Shown: piece after piece, positions 1 through 12,847 of the stretch | Position numbering within the stretch: position 1 is the first letter of the stretch | Layout of the letters: each line of letters starts with the position of its first letter | Source: Protoeuglena noctilucae | Lineage: Eukaryota | Reading direction: 5' to 3' | Length of the DNA stretch: 64,000 nucleotides | NCBI GenBank assembly: GCA_958009085.1 | Contig: OY253673.1 | Location: 124,001-188,000 of the forward strand | The notes under the pieces: model-generated | Database searches by the model: none | The model's input: only the letters and a program-made list of their open reading frames with translations | What the model was told of the DNA's origin: nothing | Program-made: the position numbers and the translations under genes

Positions 1-496
1 GGAGACGAAACCCTCTCGCAAGGGGTCGTCGCCCACGAGCCCGGGGATGTCGATTGATGGCACGGTCGCCGCCATCGCGGGTGCGCACCCCGCCGCGGCC
101 GCGACGATGGCCAGAGCCATCGCGACCGCTGGAGAGATGCGGGAGGGATGCGAGAAGAGCTCGTCCAGTCGCTGCGGGGATCCAGGGCGGGGAATCGCGT
201 GAGGCAAACCTCCTCCACTGATCGCCAGGCCCGCGGGGCCCGCGAAGGCTTACCTTCCCCACGGCGATGACCAGATGGGAGACGTGTGCGTCATTTGTTG
301 CCGAGGAGGGCGCCTCAGTGCCGGAAAGTTGACGGTCGCGCGCGGGGGTCGGGGCCAGCGGATGCACACGTGACGCGCTCTGGAGCGGGGGAGCGAGCGA
401 TGGGCGGGCCCGAGCGTGGCAGGAACCGTTTGTTGAAACACGATGGGCGCATCGCGGCCCCGTGTTGCGCGCAACAAACGCCCTGGACGCGCTCAT
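1..496 (-). CDS. 5' part of a chloroplast-targeted membrane protein, probably GDT1/UPF0016 family (PAM71/CGLD1-like Mn2+/Ca2+ transporter); runs off the window edge
   Basis: ATG at 496 (gccATG). Ser/Ala/Arg-rich transit-like exon, then a GT-AG intron (~173-253), then RLDELFSHP...MALAIVAAAAGCAPAMAA...DDPLREGFVS. This resembles the sequence just before the GDT1 E-x-G-D-K-T motif, but the motif itself would lie outside the window. Confidence 0.45.
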   Translation of the reverse strand, partial: MSASRAFVARNTGPRCAHRVSTNGSCHARARPSLAPPLQSASRVHPLAPTPARDRQLSGTEAPSSATNDAHVSHLVIAVGKVSLRGPRGPGDQWRRFASRDSPPWIPAATGRALLASLPHLSSGRDGSGHRRGRGGVRTRDGGDRAINRHPRARGRRPLARGFRL

Positions 497-1160
497 GGCG
501 ATGCAGATGTCGATCCACGTCGAGTGCACCAGCTACAGGTCGGGACGGGTCCCTGATGGAGTTACCAGAGCCAGCTGCTGAAAAGCAAAAGCGCCTCAGG
601 CAGTGCCAGGAAAAAACTCAGTGACGAGCAGTGCCACGTGAGCGAAGCAAGGCCCTTGTCCCACGGGTAAGGCAAGAGGGCGTTCTTGGAAGGCATGCAG
701 TACGTCCTAAAATAGAACTAAGTCGTTTTCCCCCACGCATTCTCGCATATGTCAAAGAGACGGGGAGGGTGAGGGTTTTCACCTTGTCAGTCCTTGCGAG
801 GCCCTGGCTGGGACAAAGAGCTTTGTCCCTGACGCCAGTTACTCACCTTTTTGAGTCATTGCGGCGCCGCAAGCAGCTGAGGAAGGCGCTTCCAATTTGC
901 GCCAAATAGCGCCTGCGCACTGCTGTGACAGGTAACCCCGCCTGCGCGGCTTGTGGAGGGTCAACAAGCGCGTTTGGTCGTTCATGCAAGCAAACAGAGG
1001 TCGTCTTTGACAGCAGAGAGAAGAGAGGCGCAGGTAAGGCCCCTCCACAGCCCCAGGGCACCGACAAGGGCGGCCCTCCTTGCCGGCTCGTCGCCTCGCG
1101 CTGAGCCCTCTCTACGCCCTGGGGCCCTCAGACTCGCAACATTCTGTTACCTGGGTATTC

Positions 1161-1849
1161 ATGACACCGACGAGGGGGGAAACGCGCGACTGGGGGCACC
1201 TGCGGGGCCCGGCTCGCATCAGCTCGCGCAACACGGAATTAGGTGCGTATTTTCCCGTGAAATCGAACGCGGCCGCCGGTAATGGACACGGTAGAACTCA
1301 AAGCTGCGCGGGAGCGTGCTATATTACGAAAACGGCTGAACGTCGCGCCTGCAGGCTACACAAGCCTGACGGACGGCTCCGTCTCGACGGCTGAACGTCG
1401 CGCCTGCAGGCTACACAAGCCTGACGGACGGCTCCGTCTCGACGGCTCACGCGCACCGTAGCTGGCAATGGGAGCTCGGAGTCGACGTCCTCGCGCTGCC
1501 GTGCGAGCTGGATGAGATGGACGTGGTGTCGTGGGAGGGCATCGAGCGCAGCACCAACCCTGCCCACCACGCCTCCGGGCCGTTCCTCCGCCCGCCCGGC
1601 CCCGGGCGCCCTGCTTTCGACGACGCGTCCGCCGCAGACGCGCGGACGTCTCTATGGGAGGACTGGGCCGAGCCTGGCCGCCCGGCCCCGAACGCCGACT
1701 GCGTGTCGGACGCTGAGATGCGCCAGGCGCCACACCGCAAGGCGTCCCGCGGGAGGGACGCGATGGTGACGCACGAGATGTTCGAGGGCCTGCTCGGCGA
1801 CAGTGGGCCGCAGAAGAAAAGAGCGAAGACGCAGCCCCCTCCCATGTGA
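1161..1849 (+). CDS. Hypothetical protein (~173 aa) with a C-terminal NLS-like KKRAK
   Basis: Exon 1161-1242 (MTPTRGETRDW...), intron 1243-1409 and exon 1410-1849 join in phase (522 nt total). TGTAA at 2202. Confidence 0.5.
1332..1441. repeat. Perfect 55-bp tandem duplication spanning a splice acceptor
   Basis: acggctgaacgtcgcgcctgcaggctacacaagcctgacggacggctccgtctcg occurs twice (1332-1386, 1387-1441). Confidence 0.95.
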
Positions 1850-2229
1850 CCCCGGGTTCCCTTGTTTCCACCCCTCCGTTCCCTGCCACGTTGCCCCTCC
1901 GTGCCGCCCGCGCGCAGCCCGCTTCTGCGCCTGCCGCAGGGCGCCGGAAGCAACCCCGGTCGCCCCGTCGCCCTCGTTCCCCCCGCCGACTGCATCAGAC
2001 CCCACGTTTTGACCCCGTTGCTCTTGACTAACCCCGTTGACCCCGTTGCACGGACCAAGTCAAAGCGGACTTTTGAGTTTCACGCCGGAGCCGCCCTTTT
2101 CGCGGAACGGCACAAAAGCGGATCCTTAGCTCGTAGCACGTCCTGTCTACCTAGGCTGTGGCGAAGAGGCCTAGCCAGCCACGCTATGCTTGAATGCCCC
2201 ATGTAAAATGGACGAGGGCGCACCCCCTG

Positions 2230-3219
2230 TTAGGCAAAGTACTTCACGCAGACGCCTGGCAGTCCCTCGACACCGCCAGTCACCGTGTCGCCCGCACGCA
2301 CCTCGCCCACACCCTCGGGGGTGCCGGTGAAGATGACATCCCCCGGGGACAGCGTCACATACGCACTGAGATGGTGGATGATGTCCGGGACCCCCCAAGT
2401 CATCTCCGACAGCGTGCCCCGTTGCCTCAGCTGTCCATTCACATCGCACCACACGCGCGCGGCAGGGGCCAGCTCCCATGCGTCCCGTGGGACCACCTGC
2501 GTGCCGGGGAACAGCTGATCGAGTCAACATCACGACAGCTAGTTGCCTACTCTTTCCGCGAGCAGGTCAGTCCCAACCCCATCGCGCTCCACGCTCCCGC
2601 TTACGTCTGCGCACGGCGCAGCGTCGTCGAAGCTCTTGGACATATCCCAGGGTCCCCCCGTCTGCCGCGCCTCGTTCTGCACGTCCCTCCGAGTCATGTC
2701 GAGGCCCACGCACCACCCCCACACGTACGCCAACGCGTCCTCCCGAGGGACAACTGTGGGCCGAGGCTTGGCGGGGCGATGTGTGCAAGCTCTGGGCATC
2801 CGATGCAGATGGCCTGGCGCACCTGCGCTCACCGGTTCCCGGCTCTTGCTGACGCCCGATGACGGCCACCAGCTCCACCTCGTGGTGCAGGAGAGACGTC
2901 TTAGCAGGGTACCGCACCTGGATGCCGGGAATGGAGGTGGAGCATCGCCATATCCGGACATCAGGACCAGGGGAGCATCGTTCGATCGGTCCCTGCGGTT
3001 TCTCGCCTGCAGCGGGGTGCCCTCCGGCGCATGCACCACACAACTCGCGGCCTTGAGGAAGAAAACGGGTGGTTCTTTCTCGGGATCGCAGCCGAGCTCA
3101 ACGGCGTGTTTGGCATAGTTCTTCCCCACGCAGAAGACGCGTCCGACGGGCACGTGGAGCCCCGGGCGCCCTTGCACGGGGAGGTGAGGCGTAGGGGCGT
3201 CAAACACCGCCCCCTGCAT
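2230..3219 (-). CDS. Fumarylacetoacetate-hydrolase family protein (FAHD1/YcgM-like acylpyruvase/oxaloacetate tautomerase)
   Basis: Motifs RVFCVGKNYAKHAVELG, PVFFLK, HHEVELVAVIG, GLDMTRRD, WDMSKSFD, LSPGDVIFTGTPEGVG. Three introns, the first GC-AG (2918-3006). An alternative in-frame ATG lies at 3306. Confidence 0.92.
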
Positions 3220-3590
3220 CTTCGAAAAGGTTCTATCCTCCCCCCGTTCGGTCGCGATGGATTCCTTCTTCCCTCCCGTCTGGACAGCTGACGCCGACAA
3301 CGCCATTCTCGAGCTCCAGGCCAACGCGTGCCCTGCGCCAGTCCGGCGCCAGGAAACGCGAGCAAGTGAGAGGGCAACAGCGGTGCACGTCCTCCAAATC
3401 CGTTCAAAGCTCCTCTCGCGTCCCGGCGTCACCTGCCGCCGCGATCGGGGAAGCCATTCTTCTCCATTTGTGCCATCTGTGACATTGGGCTTGTCTCAAG
3501 GCGCTGTCGCCGCTTGTCCGAACTCTAGATCCAACTTTGGAGCCTCGCAGATAGACGCCTGCGGGGCGCGGCCACCCTCGCGGCCCCTCC

Positions 3591-6500
3591 ATGCCGCCCG
3601 CGCCGTTGAGCGCCCTGCACGGCCCGCTGCGGCCGCTGGTGGCGTTGGTGGGGGCCCCTCACGTGCAGGATGCCGCAGAGGCTGCGATGAAGTCCCGAGG
3701 GAGCCCCCTCCCGCTCCAGTGCCTGCACGTCGAGCCGAGCGTCTCGCTGCGCGACCTCCTTGATGCTGGGATGGCCGGCCTCGCGGCCACGGCGCCCGCG
3801 CAGGGCCGCGACGACGACGTTCCGACCGCATGGGTTCAGGACCTTCTCACCAACGCCCCCGCCGCGATGGTCGCTTGCGTGGAGGTGGGGCGACGCGCGC
3901 AAACACTGTTGTGTCCACCCAGCACAGCACTCTCGCACCGCCGCTTCTTTACGACGAAACCACGCCACACATTCCACTTCCCCCTGTCCCTTGCGATCCC
4001 ACAGTCGCACCTCGCAGAGCCCCGCGACGGCCCTCTCTCCGCAGGCCGAGGCGCTCCGGGGCGGTCCCGAGGCCACGGTGGGTGCCGCTTCGATTCTCGA
4101 GTCCGCTGCCTCCGCTGCCGCGTCCCACCGCGTGCCTCTCGTGGTGGCCGTGCATTCCGACGACCCCCTCCAGGTCCTGGCCGACCACGACGTCTCGCTC
4201 ATCCAGAGCTACACGCGCGTGAAGCCCAAGTGAGGGGGCAGCTCTGTCAGAGCTTGCAGCACTGCTAAACACCCATCTCTGCTGTCCACGCCCATCTCTG
4301 CCCATCTCCGCCGCACTGCTCCCCTCTCGCAGGCACGTGGTCCCCTTATCCCGCCACGCCCCCTCCGGCAAGGGCGACGTGCTGGATTGCGCCCTGGGCC
4401 GCGCTCGCGAGTTCTACTCCACGGTCGCCTCCAGCCTCGCCTCGCACGCGGCGACGCCCACGCTCGCCAGGTGGGTCCACGCGTTTGTCACGCGTTTCGC
4501 TGCGTGTGCGATCGACCATGCACATGGCCGGTGGAACACACGAGTGGTTCACATGGTGCACCGTGCACTTTCAGTTAAATGCATGCATGAGATGCATGAC
4601 GGGCTGCATGGCTTATCCATCATCTGCCGCATGCGCAACAGCATTTGTCGCCGATGCCTCTGCCACCCCGCAGGCGCTTCCAGCTGGCGGTGCTCTTGGA
4701 GCTGGGCGGGGAGCTGAAGGCCGCGCGCATGGCATACGAGGAGATATGGGAGGGCGCCCTGGCGACCGTGGACGTGCGCAACGGGTGGCAGATGTGGGCC
4801 AAGGGGCTGGCCGTCGGTGAGGGAGCGGGGCTTGCACATCGCACGATACCCTCGCTCAGCTGCTGCCTCACATGGCTTTTGCACCTTGACTCGACACCAT
4901 TGGCGCTGTGATGGAACGAAGTACCCACAGACAGCTGCCACGTGGCCCCCCACCTTGACCCGACACCCGACATCGCATCTCTTCTGCCCATCGCAGCGGA
5001 GGTGGCCCATGCCCGCCGCACGCACTGCCTTCTGTCTTCCGACGACGCCGAGGAGGCCGCGCGGTGCCTCCGCGCCCACCTGCGCCGCTCCCGGGTGCTC
5101 TCGGGCGCCGTGTCGATGCCGGTAGAGGCTAGGGCGTATCTGCACCTGTGGAGGGCGAGGCAGCTGGCCACGGCGGCCCATGCGGGTGAGGGAGGAATGC
5201 TTGAGCAATCAGCACTGGGATCTGGGCTTGTTACTGGCAGAGGGCGCCGATGGATGGTGTTACCATCCATTCATCAGTGGCCTCGACAGCGCCCCTATGT
5301 CATTCTGGGCAACTAGGCTAACAAGGTACGTGACACAGCTCCTATATCCCAGCGTCCCTCTCCCCGCTCCTCGCCACCCACCGCAGTGTCTCTGTCCTCG
5401 CCGTCCCACGCCACCCCGGCCCTCTTCGCCCCTTCGCTCCTTGCGGACGCGGCCAGGGCAATGAGGGAGGCACGCGCGCTGGCAGCGGTGGCAGGTGCGG
5501 GTGACGGGAACACTGGCCGCCACGACATCGCAAGCACCAACATATTAACACGGTTCTTTCATTTCAGCAAATGCGGCATCCACACCGCCTTCGTCGCATG
5601 TCCTGTCTTCACGCTCCTTCCCTCCAGGGTTTGTGCACACCACCCCACCCCTGTAAATCTCACCCACTCCTCCCATCTCGCCCACAGGCGCCCCCTCCCC
5701 TGCCACTCCCCGCCCCGTCTTTCGAACCGCCTCCTGGACCGGACACCTCGTCGACACCCAGGGCAACCCCGTCCCCGACGCCGCGTGGCTGGGGGCGGCA
5801 GCTGAGGCTGTCGCGGCTGAGGCGGCGCCCTCCCACTGCGCCGAGGCGTGGCAGGACGCGGCCGGGGGGTTCCGGTCCGCGCGGCTGCGGAGGCGCGCGG
5901 TGGCGGCGGCGGCGGGCGTGGCCCAGGAGTGCGTGGCGATGGTGGAGGGGGTGAGAGAGGGCATGGCGATTGGCCACTTCGCATTCATCCACCTCGGACC
6001 GCTCCATGTGCTGGACTGCGCTGCTACCTGGCAGTCACCACCACATCAGACTTCCACGTACCTGCAGCCGTTACCACCACCACCACCACCGCCACCCTTG
6101 CCCGTGTCCCCAGGGCTCCCCCTCGGACCTGGCATCTGCCGAGCGTCACCTGACCGCGGCCCTGCGCCTGTTACGCCTGGAGGGGTGGGGCGCGCTGCTG
6201 TTCCAGACACTGGCCGTGCTGCACCGGTGTGTGCTGGCCAGAGAGAGGGCGCGATTGGGGGTGGACGGGGCCGGGAGAGACGACGGGAAGAGTAACGGGG
6301 GGCGGTGGGCGGGGCCGGGAGTGACGGCGGAGGCGGCTGCCGCTCCGGTACTGCTGGAGATGGCCTGCTGCGAGGGTGCCGGCATGGCGGACAGGGAGGT
6401 GAGGGGCCGTGGCGGTGGCACAGTGGTGGCCATTACTGCATTGGCACGAGCGGCGCATGCTGGTATGATTGGGGTTGTTGTGCTTACGTGTCGGTCTGCC

Positions 6501-8984
6501 CATGGCACTCGACACATCAAACACGTCGTGTTCGCTCTCGCACCTCCCATCATCGCCATGTCTCTCTCCCCCACAGAAAGCCCTGGCCTCCTTCCTCGCC
6601 GACGCCGCTGCCGCACGCGAGCCCCTCCCCGTGCGCGTGCTCCCCTCCTCGCCCCTCTCGGCCTGCCTGGCGATGTCAGGGGGCCTTGCCAGGGACGCCG
6701 CAGGTGTGCCCTGCGCCTCGCTGTCCCTCGCGTGCCACGTGCCCGGGGGGCTGCAGTTCGCGGGGGCGGACAGCGCCGAGCGCGTCGCGGTGCTGGGGCG
6801 GGAGAGGGGCGGGGGCGGGGCGGGGTCCAAGGGGGCATGGGCGTGGGGTGGGGCGCTGGCCGGGGCGCCGGTGCCGGGGCTGACGGGCGCGGCGGCGGGG
6901 GTGGAGGCGACGGAGATGCGCGTCACCGTGGCGGGGACGCTGGTGGACCTGGTGTGGCACCGGGAGGCGAGTAGATGCGCGTAATAATAAGAGGAGGCAT
7001 TCTTTTTACAAAGCAAGCCAGCTGTCATCTCACCCCCCCCACACCCCTCTCCCGCTCACCCCGCTCCTCATCCACGTCTCCTACCCAGGACTGGACGTCC
7101 TCCCCTTCCTCACCCGCCCCATCCACCCCCAACGCACCCCCCGCCGGCCCCTGCCCCGGACCCTTCTCTCTCGACCCCCTCGCCCCGGACTCTGGCGGTC
7201 CGGCCCTCTCCCTGCGACCCTCCCCGCACCTCCCCGCCCTCGTCGGCCACGCCTGCGCTGTCGAGTGCGCAGTCACGTGGGGCGGCACCCCACGCACTCA
7301 AGGCGCCCCCCACCGCGCCGCCTCCACGCCCCTCCCCATCCTGCTCCACGTCTTCGCCGCACAGATCGTGGCCGCGACGGCGCCGCCGACCGCGCGCGAC
7401 CGCCCGGCCCCGACCGTCGAGGTCCGGGGCAGCGGGGGTACGTGGGAGGCTGTGGCTGGGCCCCTGCGTGTGTCCCCACCAGCCAGCGGGGGCGCGGGGG
7501 GCCAGCCGCGGCGGGAGGTGGCGCTGCGTGTGCGGGGGTACGGGGCAGGAGTGGTGCGGGTGGAGGTGCGGGCGACGGCGGACGCGGGGGCGGGGGCGGG
7601 GGCGAGTGCAGTGGGGGAGGGGGTGGAGGTGCTGGGGGCACCCTGGGTGGCAGACGGGGGTCACCACCGGGCGCCATCCGATACGGCGGGTGCGCTGGAC
7701 CGACAGAGAAGCATGACGCGGTCGCGGACGGTGGGGAGTGACCTGGTTGCAGAGGGCGATGGGCACGGGGCGGCAGGGGCGATGGCTGTGTCGGGGCTGG
7801 GAGGGGCGGGCCTGGCGCGGCAGGGGAGCTGGCTCGGGGCAGGGGGGGGCGCGGTGCTGGCGACGGCCGGGGTGGACGTGCCGGCAGTGGAGCCGTTTGA
7901 GGGTGAGCGACGCGAGGGCAGACTGGGTGGGTTCGTTGATTGCCCTGGCAGAGCGGACCAGCCAGGGTGGCACAGCAACAGCGTTTCGCCCTGTCTGCCG
8001 CAGTGTCGTGGTCTGTGTCGGAGTGCCCCGGGGTCTTCTCCCTCCTCGCCTCCGCCGCCAGCCCCAAGCCCGGCCGCAGCGCACTGCTCGTCCCCATCAC
8101 CCCGGGTGCGTGACAGCCAAGCAGCCCCTCCACCTCCCGCCCTCCACCTTGAGTGTTTAAAGACATGCTGGCATCTCACTAACGCGAGAGGTTTGACCTG
8201 ACAGCCTCTCTGCGGCTCTGCAGGGTCCCCGCCGCTGCTCACGGCCACGCTGCTCGTCACGGCACGCCCCCTGGAGGTGCTGGGGGTGGAGGCCGCCGCG
8301 CCCGACGCACCGGCCGCGCGACCCGCGCCCCGCGCGCGTTTGGCGCTGGTCAGCCCGGCGGGGCCGCCGCCCGGGGGCACCCTGCATGTGGGGGAGCGCG
8401 TGGCCTGTGCTGCACGGGTGCATGTGATGGGGGACGCGGGGCCGGAGGCCGCGGGGTGGGCGGGGCTGCGGGTGCGGTGGCGGGCCGTGGACAGCGGGGA
8501 CGAGGGCGCGGGGGAGGTGTGGACGTCGCTGCCTGCCCCAGAGGCGGTGTTTGAGGCGCCGGCCGCGATGGTGCGGTGCGACCTGCCGGGGGAGCTGGCG
8601 ATGGGGGAGCCGGCGCGGTGGCGCGTGCGTGTCGAGGTGAGTTTGCGTCTCTCTGCGCCGAGGGCGGGGGGGACTGGCGGGGCGCGCGTGAGAGCGACCC
8701 CCGTTGGTGTTGCCACGCAGAGCCACGCGAGCTCGCCGTCGGGGGTGACGCTGCACGTGCGGGAGCGGCCCGGGATGATGCAGACGGGGCCGCAGGTTGC
8801 AGCGGAGGAGGTGCCCGCGCAGGGATCGCGGACGTTCGAGTGGGGGCTCGTCCCGTACGAGTGCGGGGCCGTGCCTCTGCCGGACGTGAGCCTCGGGCTG
8901 GACGTCCCCGGGCTGCCGTCGGCATCCCTGCAGCTCCCTCGCTTCCTGCGGATGCGCATCCGCCCGCCTAGAAGCGAGGGTTAG
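3591..8984 (+). CDS. TRAPPC11: Trafficking protein particle complex subunit 11-like (TRAPPC11/Gryzun/foie gras)
   Basis: Multi-exon gene. N-terminus PLVALVG. Helical exons (FQLAVLLELGG...YEE; AEVAHARRTHCLL...A..LRAH; WRARQ; LRLEGWGALL). C-terminal beta-sandwich ending FEWGLVPYECGAVPLPDV. Divergent; similarity judged from memory. Confidence 0.6.
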
Positions 8985-9427
8985 AAAATAGAGGGCAAGC
9001 TGGCGCGGGGCACTGGCGTGAGGGGCGCTTTGGCGCCTAGATGGCCTGGACGCCCGCTTGGGCCTTGTCTACGCCTCTCGACGCATTGTTGAAGGGAGGC
9101 GGAACGGAGAGGCGGCCTTTTTTCTTGTCGCCCAAAAAAGGGGGGTTTTCGCCAAGGTGGCCGCTCGCCGACGGCTGATGCGCGCGCACGAGACCCTCGG
9201 TACATATTGTCGGCCAAAGTGTCTGACGGGGATGGCAAATGCGCATTCTGTGGGCTCTGCGTGACGAACGGGTTTCCCTCCTCCACGGGCCGCAGGCTTG
9301 CCCTGTTCGGCGCTGCATCAGCGGGTTTCGACCATTTGCATCCCGTCTGTTGCCTGAGATTCGCTTGCGCGTCGTTGACGGCGGAGTCCCATGCGCCAGG
9401 TCTTTCTCGAGCGAGACGGGGCCTGCC

Positions 9428-12400
9428 ATGTCCTCCCGGGGATCTCAATCGCATAGGTCGGCGGGTGGCCATGTATGCGCCAACCCAGGTGCGGTTGATG
9501 CAGTCGCCCACGGCCCATGGCACGCAACCGCTTGCGGCTGGTTGGGTGGGGCCCCCCGGCCCGTCCGGCCCGGCCCCACCTCTGCCCTTCCGACGTCTTT
9601 TGGGACCACTTTGCTGCGCGCGCGCTCGCAGCCCGCCTCGCTGACGACCACCTCTTCCCTGCCCGCTCGCAGCGTGCCTCGCCACGTCCGCGCCGATGTG
9701 GAGGAAGGGCTGGGTGAAGGACGGCCAAGCTGTCACCCTCTGCAACGCCTGCGGGATCCTTTACAAGCGCCATTGGTTCTGCACGCTGTGCACCCGGATC
9801 TACCGCAAGGAGACGGCCTCAGCTTCGGACGGCTGGCTCTCGTGCGACTACTGCGAGGGGTGGGCCCACCTGCGCTGGTACGTGCGCGCATCGGCATGCC
9901 CACTGCGCCGCAAGGCACGATCTGGCAGCCCGACCTGACCCGCCCTCGCTTTGCCCTGGGTCCAGTGAGCTCAGCGCGCACGGCATCGGGGTGGTATCGG
10001 GCCCCTTCTACGCCTGCCCCACGTGCCGCACCGACGGCGGTCACCTCCACTCGCCGTCTGGTCCGTTCGCCATGGCCCGCAACCAGACGGCCGAGCCACG
10101 GACCGTGGCGGTGACGGCGGGCATCGAGCGGGTGGTGCACTCACGGCCTTTCCTCAAAGGCCCGGCCGCCGAGGGGTCCAAGGCTGGCGGGGCAGCCAAG
10201 GTGAGTTGCGCGGTGCATCGAGGCACACCACCTGACGTGCTCTCCTCCCATCACGCGTGCCAGCCATGCAGAACAGCACCGCCCAACACAGCACCGCCCA
10301 ACACCCTGGCCCCTGCAGAATGCCCCCGCCGACCCCACGGCTGGGGTAGCCGATGTGCCCGCCCACCTCGACCCCTCCCCACCCCCATCCGCCACCCCTC
10401 TCGCCCCAACACCCTCCCCCGGCCCCAAGGGCCGCCCCAAGCGCTCCAGTCTCGTGGCCACCACCCCCGGTGCGCCCGACGCCAGCCCCCGCACCACGCG
10501 CCACCGCCCCCCGCCCCCCGCCTCGTTCCCCGCGGGTGCTGCCCTCCCCCAGCCCCCGCCGGACATGGGTGTCGCCCCCTCCCCGGCCCCCGCCCCCTCG
10601 GACCCCGACCTCTTTCGGCGCATCATGTCGGAGTTTCGTGCCAGCACACCCCGCGACCTGGCCATCCGCATCCCGGAGGACGGATCTGAGGAGGAGGACG
10701 GCTACGGGACGGGGGCGGGGATGGCGGGGGCGGCTGCGATGCACGCGGCGATGGGGGCGGAGGCGGACGCGGAGGTGGCTGCCAAGGGAGCGGCACGCGA
10801 CAGCGACGCGGGGTCCAAGCGATGGGCCGTGCACCGGCAGCCCTCCAGCAGGCAAGGGGCGGCGGGGGTCGTTGGAGCGAGGGGTGGCCAGAGCAGGGCT
10901 GTGTTGCCGACACATGCTGGCATTACCCAGCTGACAAACACCACTCTGCAGATACGCACACCACCCTGCCCTTGCCGCCACCCACGCCCCTCCCGCATCC
11001 CTCCCCGCAGCGCCAGTGCCACCACCGCCCGCCTGGACACTGCGTCCGGGTCCGGGCAGCGCTCCCTCTTCTCTGGCGCCTCCCCCGCCGCGTGGCTCAT
11101 GTCGACGTGGACGGACGGGGCGATGAGCGACGCAGCGGGCGACCCCAGCGCCGCGCGGCTCTCGCTGCCGGGCATGGGCGATGGTGATGGTAACAGCAAC
11201 GACCCCGGCCGCCCGCGTGCCCTGGCCCACCTCTCCCTCCGCGGCATCGGCGCGCCCCACGCGGCGCTGCTAGGGGCCACCGTCCGCCCGGACGTGGTCC
11301 CTTCGCGCCAGGCAGGGGCGGGGACGGGGGCAGGTGAGCGCCCAGTGCCCACTTCCGCCGTCCGCCGTCACATGACGTCCCGGTCTATGGCGCCCGTGGG
11401 AGCAGCGGGGCTCGAGGGGGGCGCGCCGCCCTCTGCCGGCCTCCTGTGGTCGACGGATGGGGGTCCCGCAGCCACCGCAGCCACCGCGGGTGCGGGGGAG
11501 TCCTGCGGTGGTGCCTGGGCGCGGGGTCCAAGGGGCGTAATGCGAGCGGGGACACAAGACGGCGGCGCAGGTGGCGGGTGGGGCGCAGCATCGGGTGAGG
11601 GTGGGAGCTGGGGTGCGGTGTTAGCGACGAGTGGGGCAACGGTCATCTGCTAAGCCTGCCTCACATGCTCTGGACAGATGCGCTTTGTCACATTTAAACG
11701 TGCTGACGTGGCACATCCACTTATCGCCCGCGTTCCCCGCGCCCCCTGCAGCCCACGTCGGGGCGGGTGTCACCGCCAGTGCGCACGAGGCGCCCCTGGG
11801 CCCCCTCACCCACACCGCCGCCTTCCCGCCCTTCCCCGCGCCCTGGCACGCCCTAGGGCTCTCCCCGAAGTCCCCTCTCTTCACCCCGGGCATCGCCACG
11901 GCCCCACCCGTCGCCCACCCACGCACGAGGTGCGCCTCCCACGGCCCTGTGCCCGCGCCCCAGCGCCGATCGCGGGCAAGGAGCGCCATGGCCGCGGGGA
12001 CCCTGGGCCGGGCTTCCTTCGACTCTGCGATGGCGGCGCGGCGCGTGGGGCGCGCGCACGTGTCGCTGGATGGTGGGAACATCGTCGATGGCCACCTCAC
12101 GGCGCCTGAAGGTGTGAGGAGCTGCGTGGGGTGTGCCGATGGGTGAACGTGTCTGGGTGTGCTGATGGCGCGACATGGGGTGTGCTTATGGCGCGGCATG
12201 AGTCCCGTTGGTTCGACATTCACGTGCTGTGCAAAAGCAATCTCATTCCCACCCCACTGCTCGCAGCGCTGGGCCAGCCCGGCACGCACCCGCCCCCTGC
12301 GTACCTCAGCACCTCCTTTCACGACGGCCACCACGACATGCCCGGGGGTCCCCACCGCCCCGGCGCCGCAACTCTGGACGTCTGCAGGCGCCCAAACGAT

Positions 12401-12847
12401 GCCTGGATGGGCCCTGGGTCGCCTGGTGCGATGGACCTGGCAGAGTGGGACCCGGGGCTGGGGGCGGGGGATGGGTGGGGAGAGGCGGCCGTGTCGCTGG
12501 GGGAGGTCATGCTGGGGGATAGGGAGGGAGGTGAGTGGTTGGGGGTGGGAGGGGGGGCAAAGGAGAGGAGTGGCTTGGGCAATGAAGAGCGCTAGGGTTG
12601 CAGCTGACGGCTCTGCTGTACATACATAAGACATACAGTACAGCTCTTGTCCCGCCACGCACCCGTCGCCTCTCTCCCCGCAGGCGGCCTCTCCTCGGTG
12701 CTGCTCCCGCCCTCCCTTGCGGTCGACGAAGGCATGAGGGAGGACAGCGCCGTCATGGTCAGCGACAGTGGCATGGTCGATAACGCCATGATGGTCAACT
12801 TTGCCACGGTCGATGACGCCGGGCCCATGACTGTCAGCACGCCCTGA
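9428..12847 (+). CDS. Zinc-finger protein with an N-terminal VAL/HSI2-type PHD-like (GATA-like) finger and a long low-complexity tail
   Basis: Spliced N-terminus CANPACLATSAPMWRKGW...LCNACGILYKRHWFCTLC...GWLSCDYCEGWAHLRC...YACPTC, followed by a Pro/Ala/Gly-rich remainder with an AT-hook-like KGRPKR. Last exon ends at TGA 12847. Confidence 0.65.
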
